Source of the DNA: an uncultured Candidatus Micrarchaeota archaeon
GTDB lineage: Archaea > Micrarchaeota > Micrarchaeia > Micrarchaeales > Micrarchaeaceae
Reading direction: 5' to 3'
Length of the DNA stretch: 64,000 bases
Assembly: GCA_963741095.1 (NCBI GenBank)
Contig: CAVUGN010000001.1
Location: 64,001-128,000 of the forward strand
The translations under genes and the position numbers were made by a program. The notes under the pieces were generated by a model. That model saw only the letters and a list, made by a program, of their open reading frames with translations. It ran no database searches and was not told the DNA's origin. Shown in pieces: positions 17,078 through 27,524 of the stretch (position 1 is its first letter; the number at the start of each line of letters is the position of its first letter).

Positions 17078-18286
17078 ATGGCAAAGATAGGTTCAGCTAA
17101 GATAAGGAAGATAATCGATTCCCGAGGCAACGCGACAGTCGAAGTCGACATTTTTGTTGACGAAAAGTTCATGGGAAGAGCAGCCGCACCTGCGGGAGCG
17201 AGCAAGGGCGCGTTTGAGGTCAAGGACTACCCGAAAGAGGGGATAGATTTCGGGATAAAGCAGTTCAAGTCCGTTGCGATACCGAAGATTGTCGGCAGCG
17301 ACCCTCTCGACCAGAAAGGCTTCGACAGGTTGCTTCATGAGATCGATGGCAGCGAGGATTTTGCGATTATGGGCGGCAATATAGCGATCGCCACGTCGCT
17401 GGCTGTTGCGAAGGCAGCAGCGAAATCGGAGGGCATGGAGCTGTACAGGATGATGCTGAAGAAGGGGAAGGCAAAGATGCCTTATCCGGTCGGGAACATA
17501 ATAGGCGGAGGGAAGCACGCGATAAACGGTACGACGATGCAGGAATTCCTTTCGGTTGCATTCGGCAAGACTTATTCCGACTCTGCGTTCGCCAACATCG
17601 TCGTCCACAAAAGGACAGGGGAGCTGCTGAAGAAGCGCTTCGTTGAATATCCGATAGGCCTCGGCGACGAGAAGGCGTGGGTGGCGGCACTTGGCGACAT
17701 GGAAGCTGTGCAGATGCTCTCCGATGCGATAAGTTTTGCGAGCGAGAAGACAGGAATCACTATGGGTCCCGCAATAGACCTTGCCGCTTCGTCGTTCTTT
17801 TCTGACGGTATGTATGAGTACAAAGGCAGGAAGCTCACGACTCCGGAGCAGATTGATTTCATTTCGGGCATCGTCGAGAAGTTCTCGGTGAGGATACTTG
17901 AGGACCCGCTTGATGAGAATGATTTCGAGGGCTTCGCAGAACTGACGAAGAGGGTCGGGAAGAGGACGATAATAGTCGGGGACGATCTCTTTGTCACGAA
18001 CAAGAAGAGGCTCATGCAGGGGATAAGGATGGGCGCTGCGAACGGGGTGCTGATAAAGCCCAACCAGATCGGGACGCTCAGCGACATGATTGAGACCGTT
18101 GAGATGGCGAAGAAGAACAATTATCAGACGGTCATATCGCACAGGAGCGGAGAAACGGAAGATTCAACGATAGCGCACCTTGCCGTCGGCCTGGGCATCG
18201 GATACATAAAGACGGGCACGATAGGAGGTGAGCGAACCGCCAAGCACAACGAGCTGATAAGAATAGAGGAAGCGGAGAGCGCCTGA
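17078..18286 (+). CDS. eno: Enolase
   Basis: DSRGNATVEVD, VGDDLFVTN, KPNQIGT, SHRSGETED. Confidence 0.97.
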   Translation: MAKIGSAKIRKIIDSRGNATVEVDIFVDEKFMGRAAAPAGASKGAFEVKDYPKEGIDFGIKQFKSVAIPKIVGSDPLDQKGFDRLLHEIDGSEDFAIMGGNIAIATSLAVAKAAAKSEGMELYRMMLKKGKAKMPYPVGNIIGGGKHAINGTTMQEFLSVAFGKTYSDSAFANIVVHKRTGELLKKRFVEYPIGLGDEKAWVAALGDMEAVQMLSDAISFASEKTGITMGPAIDLAASSFFSDGMYEYKGRKLTTPEQIDFISGIVEKFSVRILEDPLDENDFEGFAELTKRVGKRTIIVGDDLFVTNKKRLMQGIRMGAANGVLIKPNQIGTLSDMIETVEMAKKNNYQTVISHRSGETEDSTIAHLAVGLGIGYIKTGTIGGERTAKHNELIRIEEAESA

Positions 18287-18288
18287 GC

Positions 18289-18849
18289 TCACACGTCGTA
18301 TTCGTACACTTTTGCAGGGACGTGCTCGAACGAGCACATCTCTTCTATGCTCATCTTCTCGAAGTACCTTCTTATCGGCCTGAGCGAGTTCCCGTGCGCC
18401 GAGATGAAGACAACATCGTCCTTCTTCAGCGTTGGAAGCACATCCTTCAGGAAGGATAACACCCTCTTCTCGACGTCCTTTATGCTCTCTCCCCCTGGTG
18501 GCCTGACATCGTAGGACCGGTGCCACAGAGCGTACTCTTTCGGGTGTTCCTTCTCCGCCTTGACCTTGCTCGTACCGTTAAGGTCGCCATAGTTGCGCTC
18601 CTTTAGCCGCGGGTCTATCATTATCGGGATCTTGTCCTTCCTATCGCCGAGAACCAAGTATAAGGTGTGCTGCGCCCTCTTCAAATCGGAGGTGTAGGCC
18701 TTTGTGGGCACAACGTTCTTCAGTTTTTCGGCTATCTGCTTGCACTCCTTTATTCCGTCTTCCGTGAGGTCCGGATCCCTCCAGCCGCAGAATATCTTGT
18801 CGCGATTGTCGGTTGTCTGGCCGTGCCTGAATAGAAATATCTTTGCCAT
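18289..18849 (-). CDS. gpmA: 2,3-bisphosphoglycerate-dependent phosphoglycerate mutase
   Basis: RHGQT, ERNYGDL, RSYDVRPPGGES, AHGNSLR. Confidence 0.9.
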   Translation of the reverse strand: MAKIFLFRHGQTTDNRDKIFCGWRDPDLTEDGIKECKQIAEKLKNVVPTKAYTSDLKRAQHTLYLVLGDRKDKIPIMIDPRLKERNYGDLNGTSKVKAEKEHPKEYALWHRSYDVRPPGGESIKDVEKRVLSFLKDVLPTLKKDDVVFISAHGNSLRPIRRYFEKMSIEEMCSFEHVPAKVYEYDV

Positions 18850-18872
18850 TCGATCGCCTTGGATATGGACGT

Positions 18873-19238
18873 TTAGAGCAGCTTCATTCCTCTGGTGAAC
18901 TGGTTTATCTCAGAGCTTCTCCAGGGGCCGACACCCAGCGCGGTCTTCGTGCCCGGAGGCACCTCGGTAAGCCCCGCATCGGTCACGAGCGCCGCGGGTA
19001 TCTTCTTGAACTTGAATGCGGCGTAGAACTTCTTGAGGGCTTCTTCGTCGCTCACCTTAAGCACAATCTTCTTCTCGCCCTCCTCGAGCCATTGCTTCAC
19101 CAGATTCTTGTCCATCTTCTCGGCTTCGAAGTAGCTCATAAGCGAGGCGTGGGCGCCCTGGGCCACCAATTTTCCGCGGCTCATGTCGAGGTCGCTCCTG
19201 ATTATTATTACCTGCTTTATCTCGTCTTCAATCTGCAT
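18873..19238 (-). CDS. pth2: Peptidyl-tRNA hydrolase 2
   Basis: KQVIIIRSDLDMSRGKLVAQGAHAS, DAGLTEVPPGTKT. Confidence 0.95.
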   Translation of the reverse strand: MQIEDEIKQVIIIRSDLDMSRGKLVAQGAHASLMSYFEAEKMDKNLVKQWLEEGEKKIVLKVSDEEALKKFYAAFKFKKIPAALVTDAGLTEVPPGTKTALGVGPWRSSEINQFTRGMKLL

Positions 19239-19283
19239 AGAATAGCAATGGCAGCCATCCTTTTTATTCCTTGCCAAAGGTGG

Positions 19284-19925
19284 TCATACGGATTTCTGTT
19301 TCTGGCCCTGCATTGAGTTGGTGCCGGATTGCGCGAAATTGCGCGCGAGCGAGATCGCCTCGTTCCAGTCGTTCATGCGGTGCACCCTTGGATTCGCGGA
19401 TATGAGCCTGCTGCCCATGCCGTTGTAGTTCTCCCGCACTATGCCCACCTCGATGTTCTTGTACGATGCGGCTCTCTGGGCCACCGCGGGATCGTCTTCG
19501 AAGAGTAGCTTCCTTCCTCTGGACATTGCGTCGAGTACGCCGCCCTTGTCCTTTGGATTTCCTACGTAGATCGCCTCCACCATGATGCCCTGCTGGGCAA
19601 CTTCATGCTCGAACGCACCTAGGTCTATCCTTGAATTTGAGGTCAGCAGCACAAGTTTCGCATTGAAGCCCTTCGCCACATTGAATATCTCGAGCGCCTC
19701 GATTCTAGGGGCCATTTCGGTGTGGAGATGACCCAATACGAAGCGCGAGAAGGCTTTGGTTTTGAGGATCTGGTATTCCAATTCCTTGACCACATCGAAG
19801 GACATTACCCGCATTGGAAGGTTTGCTTTTCCTTCCGAACGGAGGAGCGCTCTCAGCCCGATTTTTACGTCGTCGACGAAAACGCCGTCGTAATCCTCGG
19901 CTACGATGATATTTTCTGAAATCAT
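19284..19925 (-). CDS. HAD-superfamily protein (5'-nucleotidase-like, divergent)
   Basis: DYDGVFVD motif I, LTS motif II, FEDD motif IV. Confidence 0.55.
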   Translation of the reverse strand: MISENIIVAEDYDGVFVDDVKIGLRALLRSEGKANLPMRVMSFDVVKELEYQILKTKAFSRFVLGHLHTEMAPRIEALEIFNVAKGFNAKLVLLTSNSRIDLGAFEHEVAQQGIMVEAIYVGNPKDKGGVLDAMSRGRKLLFEDDPAVAQRAASYKNIEVGIVRENYNGMGSRLISANPRVHRMNDWNEAISLARNFAQSGTNSMQGQKQKSV

Positions 19926-20041
19926 GCATCCATCCGGTGTAGAATTGAATCGACCGTTCTGTATTTAAATGACGGTATGGGGTTAGTCATGTGACGAACA
20001 TGGAAAGAGTGCTCGGTGAATGAAAGCAATATATTAAAGAA

Positions 20042-21217
20042 GTGCGTAATTTATCTGTAGGTGCTCTCGTGCTCGACATCAAATCCCTTGGGGTGGTAAG
20101 AAGCCTGCTGAAGGGCTACTACGAGAGAGCATCGGGCCTGGCGCCAGTGAGCGTGGAGAAGAGGGAGTTCGGCTTCGGCGACTACGAGAGGAAGATAGCC
20201 TACCGCCATTACGCGTTCAAGAGCGAAAAAGACTTGAAGGATTACCTTATCAGGAATGTCCCGCCGTTCGTCTCATATTCGTCGGCGATCTACGAGAAGC
20301 CGGACGGGCGTCCGATGGAAAACAAGAAGCTCATCGGCTCGGACCTCGTCTTCGACCTTGACGCCAACGATCTTGGGCTTGCGTGCAGGAACGAGCACGG
20401 CAACTCCTGGGTGTGCGACAAGTGCCTCGACGGCATAAAGGACGAGACCATAGCGCTGATCGAGAACTTCCTGATTCCTGACTTCGGCTTTTCGCTCAAC
20501 AACATAAGCATAAACTTCAGCGGCAACCGCGGCTACCATGTCCACGTCGTGAACGACAAGGTCTTCAACCTCGATTCGAACGCCAGGACGCAGATATCGG
20601 ATTACATAACAGGCAAGGGCATAGACCTCAACGCCTTCTTCCCTGCGCTCGGCAAGAGGGGTGTGAGGCTTGACGGCCCGAAACCGACAGACCTTGGCTG
20701 GGGGGGCAAGTTCGCCAACGGGATAATAAGCGCGCTGAACAACGGCAAGAGCAGCCTGCTTGAACTGGGCATCGACCAGAAGTCGGCCAACATACTGGTG
20801 AGGAAGAGCCCGGAGATAATATTCGGGATAACGACGGGCAACTGGGACAAGGTGAGCATACCCAAGAAGGCGGAATTCTGGAGCAACGTGCTGAAGAGCA
20901 TCGCGATAAAACAGAGCGAATCGATAGACAGGGGAGTCGTGAACGACGTTTACCACCTGATAAGGCTTCCGGGCACCATACATGGGGATACCGGATTGGC
21001 TGCGATGAAGGTCGAATCGCTGAAGGCGCTAGAAGGCTTCGACCCGATGACAAAAGCGATAGCGTTCAAGGAAGGGACAGTGAAGGTGAAGACGCTCAAG
21101 GTGCCGAAGTTCGAGATGAACGGCGCAGAGTACGGGCCGTTCGATGGCAACGAGGTGGAACTGCCCATTTATGCCGGAGTCTACATCGTACTGAAAAGGC
21201 TTGGATCTGTGGTGTAG
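20042..21217 (+). CDS. priS: DNA primase catalytic (small) subunit
   Basis: REFGF, LVFDLDA, FSGNRGYHVHV, RLPGTIHG. Confidence 0.95.
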   Translation: MRNLSVGALVLDIKSLGVVRSLLKGYYERASGLAPVSVEKREFGFGDYERKIAYRHYAFKSEKDLKDYLIRNVPPFVSYSSAIYEKPDGRPMENKKLIGSDLVFDLDANDLGLACRNEHGNSWVCDKCLDGIKDETIALIENFLIPDFGFSLNNISINFSGNRGYHVHVVNDKVFNLDSNARTQISDYITGKGIDLNAFFPALGKRGVRLDGPKPTDLGWGGKFANGIISALNNGKSSLLELGIDQKSANILVRKSPEIIFGITTGNWDKVSIPKKAEFWSNVLKSIAIKQSESIDRGVVNDVYHLIRLPGTIHGDTGLAAMKVESLKALEGFDPMTKAIAFKEGTVKVKTLKVPKFEMNGAEYGPFDGNEVELPIYAGVYIVLKRLGSVV

Positions 21218-21235
21218 AATGCCTGTTTGCACGAA

Positions 21236-21730
21236 CTACAGGATGTTCCCTCTTAGAGCTGGGATGTACCCGTGTTTCTTTGACTCTGAGGCGTCCTTGG
21301 GCTCAGCCTCAGTTCGCATCGGGATTGTGAAGACCCTTGCGGCAACCTCGCAGCCGAACGTCCTGACTATCTCCTCGACCATGTCGTCGACAGCCTTTTG
21401 AAGGACGACGTGCTCGGCGGAATTTTTGCCGTACTTGAGGGCCATGCTTGCGTCCACTGCGATGTATTCAAATTTGTCCGGCTGATGGTATCCATAGAAT
21501 TCGAGCATGACATCGTACCTGTTCTTGGCGTTCAGGCCCTTTGAGGCTATCTTGCTGACGTATATCTCGATATCATTGAGGCACACCTTGGTCTTGTCGT
21601 AGGCTTTTTCGTCCGAAGCCGCTGGCAGTTTTATCACGGCCTTTTCGCTCAGGATATTGTTCGAGGTTACGCATGAGCGCGTCACTTCCAGTGAAGCCTT
21701 TGCCGTATTGTTGATTGTTGCTTGGGTCAT
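21236..21730 (-). CDS. Hypothetical protein (paralog of 21814..22260)
   Basis: N-terminus MTQATINNTAKASLEVTRS. Confidence 0.65.
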   Translation of the reverse strand: MTQATINNTAKASLEVTRSCVTSNNILSEKAVIKLPAASDEKAYDKTKVCLNDIEIYVSKIASKGLNAKNRYDVMLEFYGYHQPDKFEYIAVDASMALKYGKNSAEHVVLQKAVDDMVEEIVRTFGCEVAARVFTIPMRTEAEPKDASESKKHGYIPALRGNIL

Positions 21731-21813
21731 TCAATCGCGAATTCCATCTGATTTATTAGATAGTTATACCTTCTGATTGCCTTCGACTCTCGTCGTTTTC
21801 CGGGCATTTTGGG

Positions 21814-22260
21814 TTACCATCCGCCCTCGCTGTAGCGGAGCAGATACCCATAATCCGATGGGTGAAAGGCATCTCTGTGCTTGACGACTATCTTGCGGAT
21901 CTCTTCCGCAATCTCATCGACAACTTTTACCAATTGAGGTCGCTTGGCCTCGTTCTTTTCGTCCTTGTTCAGGTAAAATGCGATTAGTTCAAACTCGATC
22001 AGCTTGTATTCGGCTTTCGAGGGGTCTTTTGAGACATTGGTGGAGCGCCATATTGGCACAATGCCATAGCTGTCCTTTGCATCTAATCCTATGTACGCTG
22101 CTTTTTTGGCGTATGCCATGATCCTGTTGCATCCCGTTTCATCAAAATAAGAGGGCAGGGTTATCGTGGCTTTTTCGCCAACCAGGGTTGGCGTGGTGTC
22201 TGGCGAACGGATCACTTCCACGGCTATTCTTGCGTTTGAGTTAATTGTTGCTACTGCCAT
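21814..22260 (-). CDS. Hypothetical protein (paralog of 21236..21730)
   Basis: N-terminus MAVATINSNARIAVEVIRS; shared EKA.I.LP and K.VD...EEI motifs. Confidence 0.65.
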   Translation of the reverse strand: MAVATINSNARIAVEVIRSPDTTPTLVGEKATITLPSYFDETGCNRIMAYAKKAAYIGLDAKDSYGIVPIWRSTNVSKDPSKAEYKLIEFELIAFYLNKDEKNEAKRPQLVKVVDEIAEEIRKIVVKHRDAFHPSDYGYLLRYSEGGW

Positions 22261-22390
22261 TCAATCGCGATTTCATGAGATTTATCAGATATTTATGCGT
22301 TCTCTTGGATTTTTTCACAGGTTAGTGCCGTTAAAACCATCGCATAGAGAAGGTTTTTATCTGTTCCCGCAGCTATTAATACTGGTATAG

Positions 22391-23611
22391 ATGGCAGAGA
22401 GAATTCTTGTCCTGGCAGTAGACTCGGACAACGATTTGTACAGGAAGACCAGGATCACTGGCCCGGTCACCGGCAGGGCCGACAACCTGATGGCAGCCGG
22501 CAAGCTGGCGCTCGCAGATCCGCAGGACACCGACGCTAACGCGATGTTCGAAGCGGTGAGGAAGTACGACGAGCTGAAGAAGGATGGTTACTCGGTCTCG
22601 ATAGCCACGATAACCGGAGCCGAGAAGGAGGGCTATGTGGCAGATGCGGAGCTTGCAAGGCAGATAGAGCTCATGGTGGAGAGGTTCAAGAGCGACGCCT
22701 GCGTGCTCGTGACTGACGGCAAGAGCGATGCGCGGGTCCTGCCGTTGCTGCAGACGAGGCTGAAGGTCAACAGCGTGGACATGGTCAGGATGAAGCAGGC
22801 AGAGACGCTTGAGAACACTTATTTCACGATTTTCGAAAAGTTGAAGGAGCCGCACTACGCAAGGATATTCTTCGGGATACCCGCGGTGCTCTTGATACTG
22901 TTCGCGGCCAGCTACTACTTCGGCCTGGGCTGGCAGCTTCCTGTCGCGTTGATAGGAGTGTATCTGATAATAAAGGGCTTCGGCATCGAGGATTCGCTCT
23001 TCGGCTCGTTCAAGGGCCTGGGCTTCAGCATGGACCGGCTGAGCTTTATATTCTACATAAGCGCCATCCTTCTGTTCGTGATAAGCCTCATAGTCAGCTA
23101 TGGCAGCTACGTCAGCGCGTTGTCCGTCACGCATGACCAGCTGACACTGGCAGCCTATGCGATAGAGGGCTTCCTCATACTGATACCGTTCTGCCTTGCG
23201 CTTTACCTCATAGGCAGGGTAATGGACCTTGAGAACAAGAGAATGAGGTACATGGCAATCGCCCGCGGCACCTATGTTGGATACATGGTCATGGTCGTGG
23301 CGCTGCTGTACCTGTCGGCCGCCTGGCTGATCGGGCAGATATACTTCTGGCAGCTGCTGGCCTACGGCGCGATTGTCCTGGTGTTCGGCTACTGCATATC
23401 GATATTCACATCGTTCCTCAGGAAGAGGGTCATAAGCAGGGCGAAGGTCAAGGACAAGAAGGTCATAAACGACACCGGAGCCTACGTGGGCAAGGTCACC
23501 AAAGTCGACCCGACGCTCGGGTTCATATTCGTCAAGACGGATTACGGCAACGTGATAAGGTACGACATAGACCGGATAACCAACGTCTCGGACAGGGTTA
23601 TAATAAAGTGA
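22391..23611 (+). CDS. DUF373 family membrane protein with C-terminal PRC-barrel-like domain
   Basis: LVLAVDSDNDL, ADPQDTDANAMF, VTDGKSD, KQAETLENTYF; C-terminal GAYVGKVTKV. Confidence 0.85.
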   Translation: MAERILVLAVDSDNDLYRKTRITGPVTGRADNLMAAGKLALADPQDTDANAMFEAVRKYDELKKDGYSVSIATITGAEKEGYVADAELARQIELMVERFKSDACVLVTDGKSDARVLPLLQTRLKVNSVDMVRMKQAETLENTYFTIFEKLKEPHYARIFFGIPAVLLILFAASYYFGLGWQLPVALIGVYLIIKGFGIEDSLFGSFKGLGFSMDRLSFIFYISAILLFVISLIVSYGSYVSALSVTHDQLTLAAYAIEGFLILIPFCLALYLIGRVMDLENKRMRYMAIARGTYVGYMVMVVALLYLSAAWLIGQIYFWQLLAYGAIVLVFGYCISIFTSFLRKRVISRAKVKDKKVINDTGAYVGKVTKVDPTLGFIFVKTDYGNVIRYDIDRITNVSDRVIIK

Positions 23612-23733
23612 TGGCACTAATCCATGAATGCATTGGATAGGCGGAAGGCGCGTTTTCCTTCGGAATGTGTGCCCCGATGCGGTGCTGCTGTGCGGTTGTC
23701 GCGTATTTGCACCAAAAAGAAAGGTTTAAATTT

Positions 23734-24036
23734 ATGCGAGGATATAATAATAAAAACATAGTTCTGCATGAACTCGTCGGCCTGGACGCGAAAGTGACGG
23801 GCAGCCACGACAGAACGCAGATAGGAACTAAAGGAAAGGTAATAAGAGAGACGAAGAATCTTTTATTTCTTGACGACAAAGGCACAATAAAGAGGGTTGT
23901 GAAGAAAGTATCAACTTTCAAGTTCAGCGAAGGAAAGAACAGTTATGTCGTCAATGGCGAAGAGATAAACTTCAGATCTTTTGAGCGCATCGAAAAGGCG
24001 TTCAAATTTTACAGAAGGAGAAAATTGATCCAATAG
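23734..24036 (+). CDS. rnp1: Ribonuclease P protein component 1 (Rpp29)
   Basis: HELVGL..GKVIRETKN..G..I..R..ERI; located before rps17. Confidence 0.92.
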   Translation: MRGYNNKNIVLHELVGLDAKVTGSHDRTQIGTKGKVIRETKNLLFLDDKGTIKRVVKKVSTFKFSEGKNSYVVNGEEINFRSFERIEKAFKFYRRRKLIQ

Positions 24037-24043
24037 TGAAGTC

Positions 24044-24340
24044 ATGGAATGCAAAGACCCAAAATGCCCGGTGCATGGAAACCTGAAGACCCACAGGAAC
24101 GAGATAACTGGAACGGTAGTCAGCGACAAGTCCAAGAAGACCGTGATAGTCGAGCACCCTTACACGATATTCCTTCACAAGTACGAGCGTTCATTGAGGA
24201 GGCATTCGAGGATAGCCGCTTACAATCCTGACTGCATGGCAGCGAAGGTCGGCGATTCAGTGATAATATCAGGCACCAGGAGGCTCAGCAAGACCAAGTC
24301 CTTCGTGGTGACTAAGGTTCTAGAGAGGCGCAGCGCATGA
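24044..24340 (+). CDS. rps17: 30S ribosomal protein S17 (uS17)
   Basis: CKDPKCPVHG, RRLSKTKSFVV. Confidence 0.97.
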   Translation: MECKDPKCPVHGNLKTHRNEITGTVVSDKSKKTVIVEHPYTIFLHKYERSLRRHSRIAAYNPDCMAAKVGDSVIISGTRRLSKTKSFVVTKVLERRSA

Positions 24341-24738
24341 AGGGCTTATCAACAAAAATATCGAAGGGCCTTATTCCGGGCTCCGTGCTCACCTGCGCGG
24401 ACAACAGCGGAGCGAAGACATTGATGATCATAGGCAAGATGGGGAGAAGCACCGGAAGGAAGGGAAGGTACCCGAAGACCGGAGTGGGCGACCTCGTGAT
24501 GGCGAGCGTCAAGTCCGGAACCCCGCAGTACAGGAAGAAGAAGGTCCGGGTCGTGATAATAAGGCAGAGGCAGCCGATGAGGAGACCGAACGGCATGCGC
24601 ATCAGGTTCGAGGACAACGCGGGCATACTTGTGACCGATTCTAACCTCGCCGTGGGCACCGAAGTCAAGGGAGCCATGGCAAGAGAGGTCATCGAAAGGT
24701 ACATAAAGCTGGCCGGCATAGCAGAGAGGGTTGTTTAA
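24337..24738 (+). CDS. rpl14: 50S ribosomal protein L14 (uL14)
   Basis: CADNSGAK, IRFEDNA. Confidence 0.97.
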   Translation: MKGLSTKISKGLIPGSVLTCADNSGAKTLMIIGKMGRSTGRKGRYPKTGVGDLVMASVKSGTPQYRKKKVRVVIIRQRQPMRRPNGMRIRFEDNAGILVTDSNLAVGTEVKGAMAREVIERYIKLAGIAERVV

Positions 24739-24740
24739 TT

Positions 24741-25235
24741 ATGGAGAGCAGCAAGCCGAGAAAACAGAGATACTTCAGGTTCAATGCAGCGATGCACCTG
24801 AGGCAGCACTTCGTCCACGCCCATGTGGACAAGGAGCTGCGCACGAGGCTCGGATTGAAGAAGAGGGCCGTGCAGATATCGAAGGGAGACACGGTCAAGA
24901 TAATGAGCGGCAGCAAGAGGGGCACGACCGGAAAGGTCTCAAGGGTCAATCTCAGAACGGGCAGGATATATTTGGATTCGCTCATGAAGAAGAACGCGAA
25001 GGGCAAGGAGTTCGGCATCGGGATAAGCGCCAACAACGTCTACATAACCGCGCTTAACTTGAATGACAAGATCAGGGCCGCGAAGCTCAACCTCAAGCAA
25101 CAGATGGAGGCGAAACCGATAAAGGGAGTCCCGATCGAGGCTGCGGAGTTCCATCCGGCAGCGACCGAAGCGGCAAAGGCGCCGCACGTTCATGCAGAGA
25201 AGAAAGTAGAAAGCAGTGTTGTTCAAAAGAGTTGA
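24741..25235 (+). CDS. rpl24: 50S ribosomal protein L24 (uL24)
   Basis: SSKPRKQR, GDTVKIMSG. Confidence 0.95.
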   Translation: MESSKPRKQRYFRFNAAMHLRQHFVHAHVDKELRTRLGLKKRAVQISKGDTVKIMSGSKRGTTGKVSRVNLRTGRIYLDSLMKKNAKGKEFGIGISANNVYITALNLNDKIRAAKLNLKQQMEAKPIKGVPIEAAEFHPAATEAAKAPHVHAEKKVESSVVQKS

Positions 25236-25241
25236 TGATTT

Positions 25242-25931
25242 ATGGGAAAGAAAGGAAACGTTAGACACTTCAAAAGCCTCAGTGCGCCGATGTTCCTGGG
25301 CATACGCAGGAAGGGCAGCGTTTACGTGACGAAGCCGAACGGGGGGAGGCACACGCTCGACAAATCGATATCGCTCGTGATGCTGGTCAAGAGGCTGGAC
25401 ATCGCGCCCGCAAACAACACCGAGACTGAGCGCATCATACGAAGAGGACTTATACTCGTCAACAACAAGGTGATAAGGGAGCCGAGCTACCCGGTCGGAC
25501 TGAACGACATAATCGAGGTCGCCAACGAGAAGAAGTACTACAGGATAGCGGTGAACGACCGGGCAAGGATAGAGATAGTCGGGATACAGAAGCCGGACTA
25601 CGACTCGATGCTCTACAAGGTCACGGGCAAGTACAAGGCGAAGAAGGAATCCATAATGCTTAGGCTGCATGACGGCAGCATCGTAAAGGGCATCAAGGGA
25701 GTCGATGTGAACGACTCCGTGATAGTCAACTCGAAGGGAGAGGTGGCGAAGGTGCTCAAGCTCGAGAAGGGCGCGAAGTGCATAGTCATCGACGGGGTCC
25801 ACGCGGGGACTTCGGGCAAGATAACAAACATAACCGAGGGGAGCCTGCACATAAGGCACTCTGCGACGATACAGCAGAAGGACGGAAAAGAGATAATCAC
25901 GATAGTAAAGAACATGATGGTAATGGAGTGA
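25242..25931 (+). CDS. rps4e: 30S ribosomal protein S4e
   Basis: YPVGLNDII, LHDG, GVHAGTSG. Confidence 0.95.
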   Translation: MGKKGNVRHFKSLSAPMFLGIRRKGSVYVTKPNGGRHTLDKSISLVMLVKRLDIAPANNTETERIIRRGLILVNNKVIREPSYPVGLNDIIEVANEKKYYRIAVNDRARIEIVGIQKPDYDSMLYKVTGKYKAKKESIMLRLHDGSIVKGIKGVDVNDSVIVNSKGEVAKVLKLEKGAKCIVIDGVHAGTSGKITNITEGSLHIRHSATIQQKDGKEIITIVKNMMVME

Positions 25932-26446
25932 CCGAGAACAAGATGCGCGAAGTGAAGATAAACAAGCTCGTAGTCAACATAGGCACGGGCAGCGAGGAGC
26001 CGAAGCTCGTCAACGCGAGGAGGCTCATCGAGACGCTCACGAAGAGGAAGCCGATGGATCAGCTGGCGAAGCACAGGCTGCCGGCCTTCAAGATAGCGCA
26101 GGGGCAGAAGATAGGCGCCTACGTCACGGTCAGGGGCAGCGACGCGATGGAGTTGGCGAAGAGGCTCTTCGACGCGGTCGGCAACAAGATTGACAGCAGG
26201 AAGGTCACGGACAACAGCGTGAGCTTCGGCATAAAGGAGTACATAGACATAAGCGGGGTCAAGTACGACCCTAAGATTGGAATGCTTGGAATGAATGTCA
26301 ACCTCTCGTTCATGAGGAGCGGATTGAGGGTTGCGCAGAGGAAGAGAAGGGTTGCGGAGGTGCCGGAATCCCACAGGAAGATATCGCCGGAGGAGATAGC
26401 CGCATTCCTGAAGAAGAATTTGGATGTAGAGGTTGTGAGCTCATGA
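25928..26446 (+). CDS. rpl5: 50S ribosomal protein L5 (uL5)
   Basis: [36 protein letters not shown]. Confidence 0.96.
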   Translation: MTENKMREVKINKLVVNIGTGSEEPKLVNARRLIETLTKRKPMDQLAKHRLPAFKIAQGQKIGAYVTVRGSDAMELAKRLFDAVGNKIDSRKVTDNSVSFGIKEYIDISGVKYDPKIGMLGMNVNLSFMRSGLRVAQRKRRVAEVPESHRKISPEEIAAFLKKNLDVEVVSS

Positions 26447-26601
26447 TGGTTAGACTAGAAGAGAGGAGGAAAGGCAAGGGCACAAGGAAGTGCAGGATAT
26501 GCGGAGGCTCTAGGGCACTCATAAGGGCGCACGGGCTTCGCGTCTGCAGGAGGTGCTTCCGAGAGGTGGCCCCGGAGCTGGGCTTCAAGCAATACGGTTG
26601 A
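26443..26601 (+). CDS. rps14: 30S ribosomal protein S14 (uS14, Zn-binding; absent from ORF track)
   Basis: Hand translation: [52 protein letters not shown]. Confidence 0.95.
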   Translation: MMVRLEERRKGKGTRKCRICGGSRALIRAHGLRVCRRCFREVAPELGFKQYG

Positions 26602-26605
26602 TTGT

Positions 26606-26986
26606 ATGGATAGATTCGCTGACGCTATAAACCAGATAAAGACGAACGAGCGCATTGGAAGGGAGGGCTGCGTTCTCCACTCCACGAAGCTGATAAAGTC
26701 CGTGCTCGAGGTCATGAAGAAGGAATCCTACATAACCGACTACGAGGAGTTCACGGAAGGCAAATTCAAGATGATAAAGCTGAAGCTGTCGAACAAGATA
26801 AACGGCATCGGCGTTGTCAAGCCGAGGTTCGCAGTCTCATACAAGACCATACAGAAATACGAAATGCGATACGTCCCGAGCAGGGACTTCGGAGTGCTCA
26901 TCATATCCACCTCGAAGGGAGTGATGACGAACAAGGACATCAAGACGGAAAAAATCGGCGGAAGGCTGCTGGCCTACGTCTACTGA
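26606..26986 (+). CDS. rps8: 30S ribosomal protein S8 (uS8)
   Basis: IISTSKGVMT..GGRLLAYVY. Confidence 0.97.
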   Translation: MDRFADAINQIKTNERIGREGCVLHSTKLIKSVLEVMKKESYITDYEEFTEGKFKMIKLKLSNKINGIGVVKPRFAVSYKTIQKYEMRYVPSRDFGVLIISTSKGVMTNKDIKTEKIGGRLLAYVY

Positions 26987-26995
26987 AATGATTCT

Positions 26996-27520
26996 ATGAT
27001 ACAGATAGCCATACCAGAGGGGGTCAAAGTCGACATCCAGGGCAGCACGATCAACGTGACCGGGCCCTTGGGAGCGAACAAGCGGACCATAAACGAGAAG
27101 ATGCTCACGGTCACGACCGCAGGCAAGGAGGTAAAGATCGACAGCGTCAAGACGTTCAAGAACTTGCTCAAGAAGACCTCTAACTGCGAGAATTCCTTTG
27201 CAAAGGAACTCAAGAATGACATGGCGGGAGTCACAAAGCACTATGAGATACAGATGAAGATCGTCTTCGCGCACTTCCCGATAAGCATAGAGATCAAGAA
27301 CGGCGAGGTCAGGATAAACAACATGATCGGAGAGAGGGCGCCGAGAATATCCAAGATTGTGGGCAGCACCAAGGTCGAGGTGAAGGGCCAGGACATGAGA
27401 CTGTACGGCACGAGCAAGGACGATGTGACGCAGACCGCCGCGAACCTCAGAAAGACGGTCAAGATAAGGAAGAAGGACGAGCGAACGTTCCAGGACGGAA
27501 TTTACTACAGCATAGATTGA
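26996..27520 (+). CDS. rpl6: 50S ribosomal protein L6 (uL6)
   Basis: AHFPISI, DERTFQDGIY. Confidence 0.96.
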   Translation: MIQIAIPEGVKVDIQGSTINVTGPLGANKRTINEKMLTVTTAGKEVKIDSVKTFKNLLKKTSNCENSFAKELKNDMAGVTKHYEIQMKIVFAHFPISIEIKNGEVRINNMIGERAPRISKIVGSTKVEVKGQDMRLYGTSKDDVTQTAANLRKTVKIRKKDERTFQDGIYYSID

Positions 27521-27524
27521 TTGC

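Noticed and set aside
17093-23617. Long antisense ORFs (e.g. 17093..18142, 22376..23617; also 49529..50587)
   Set aside because: Mirror frames of well-supported genes, expected from codon bias; no motifs.
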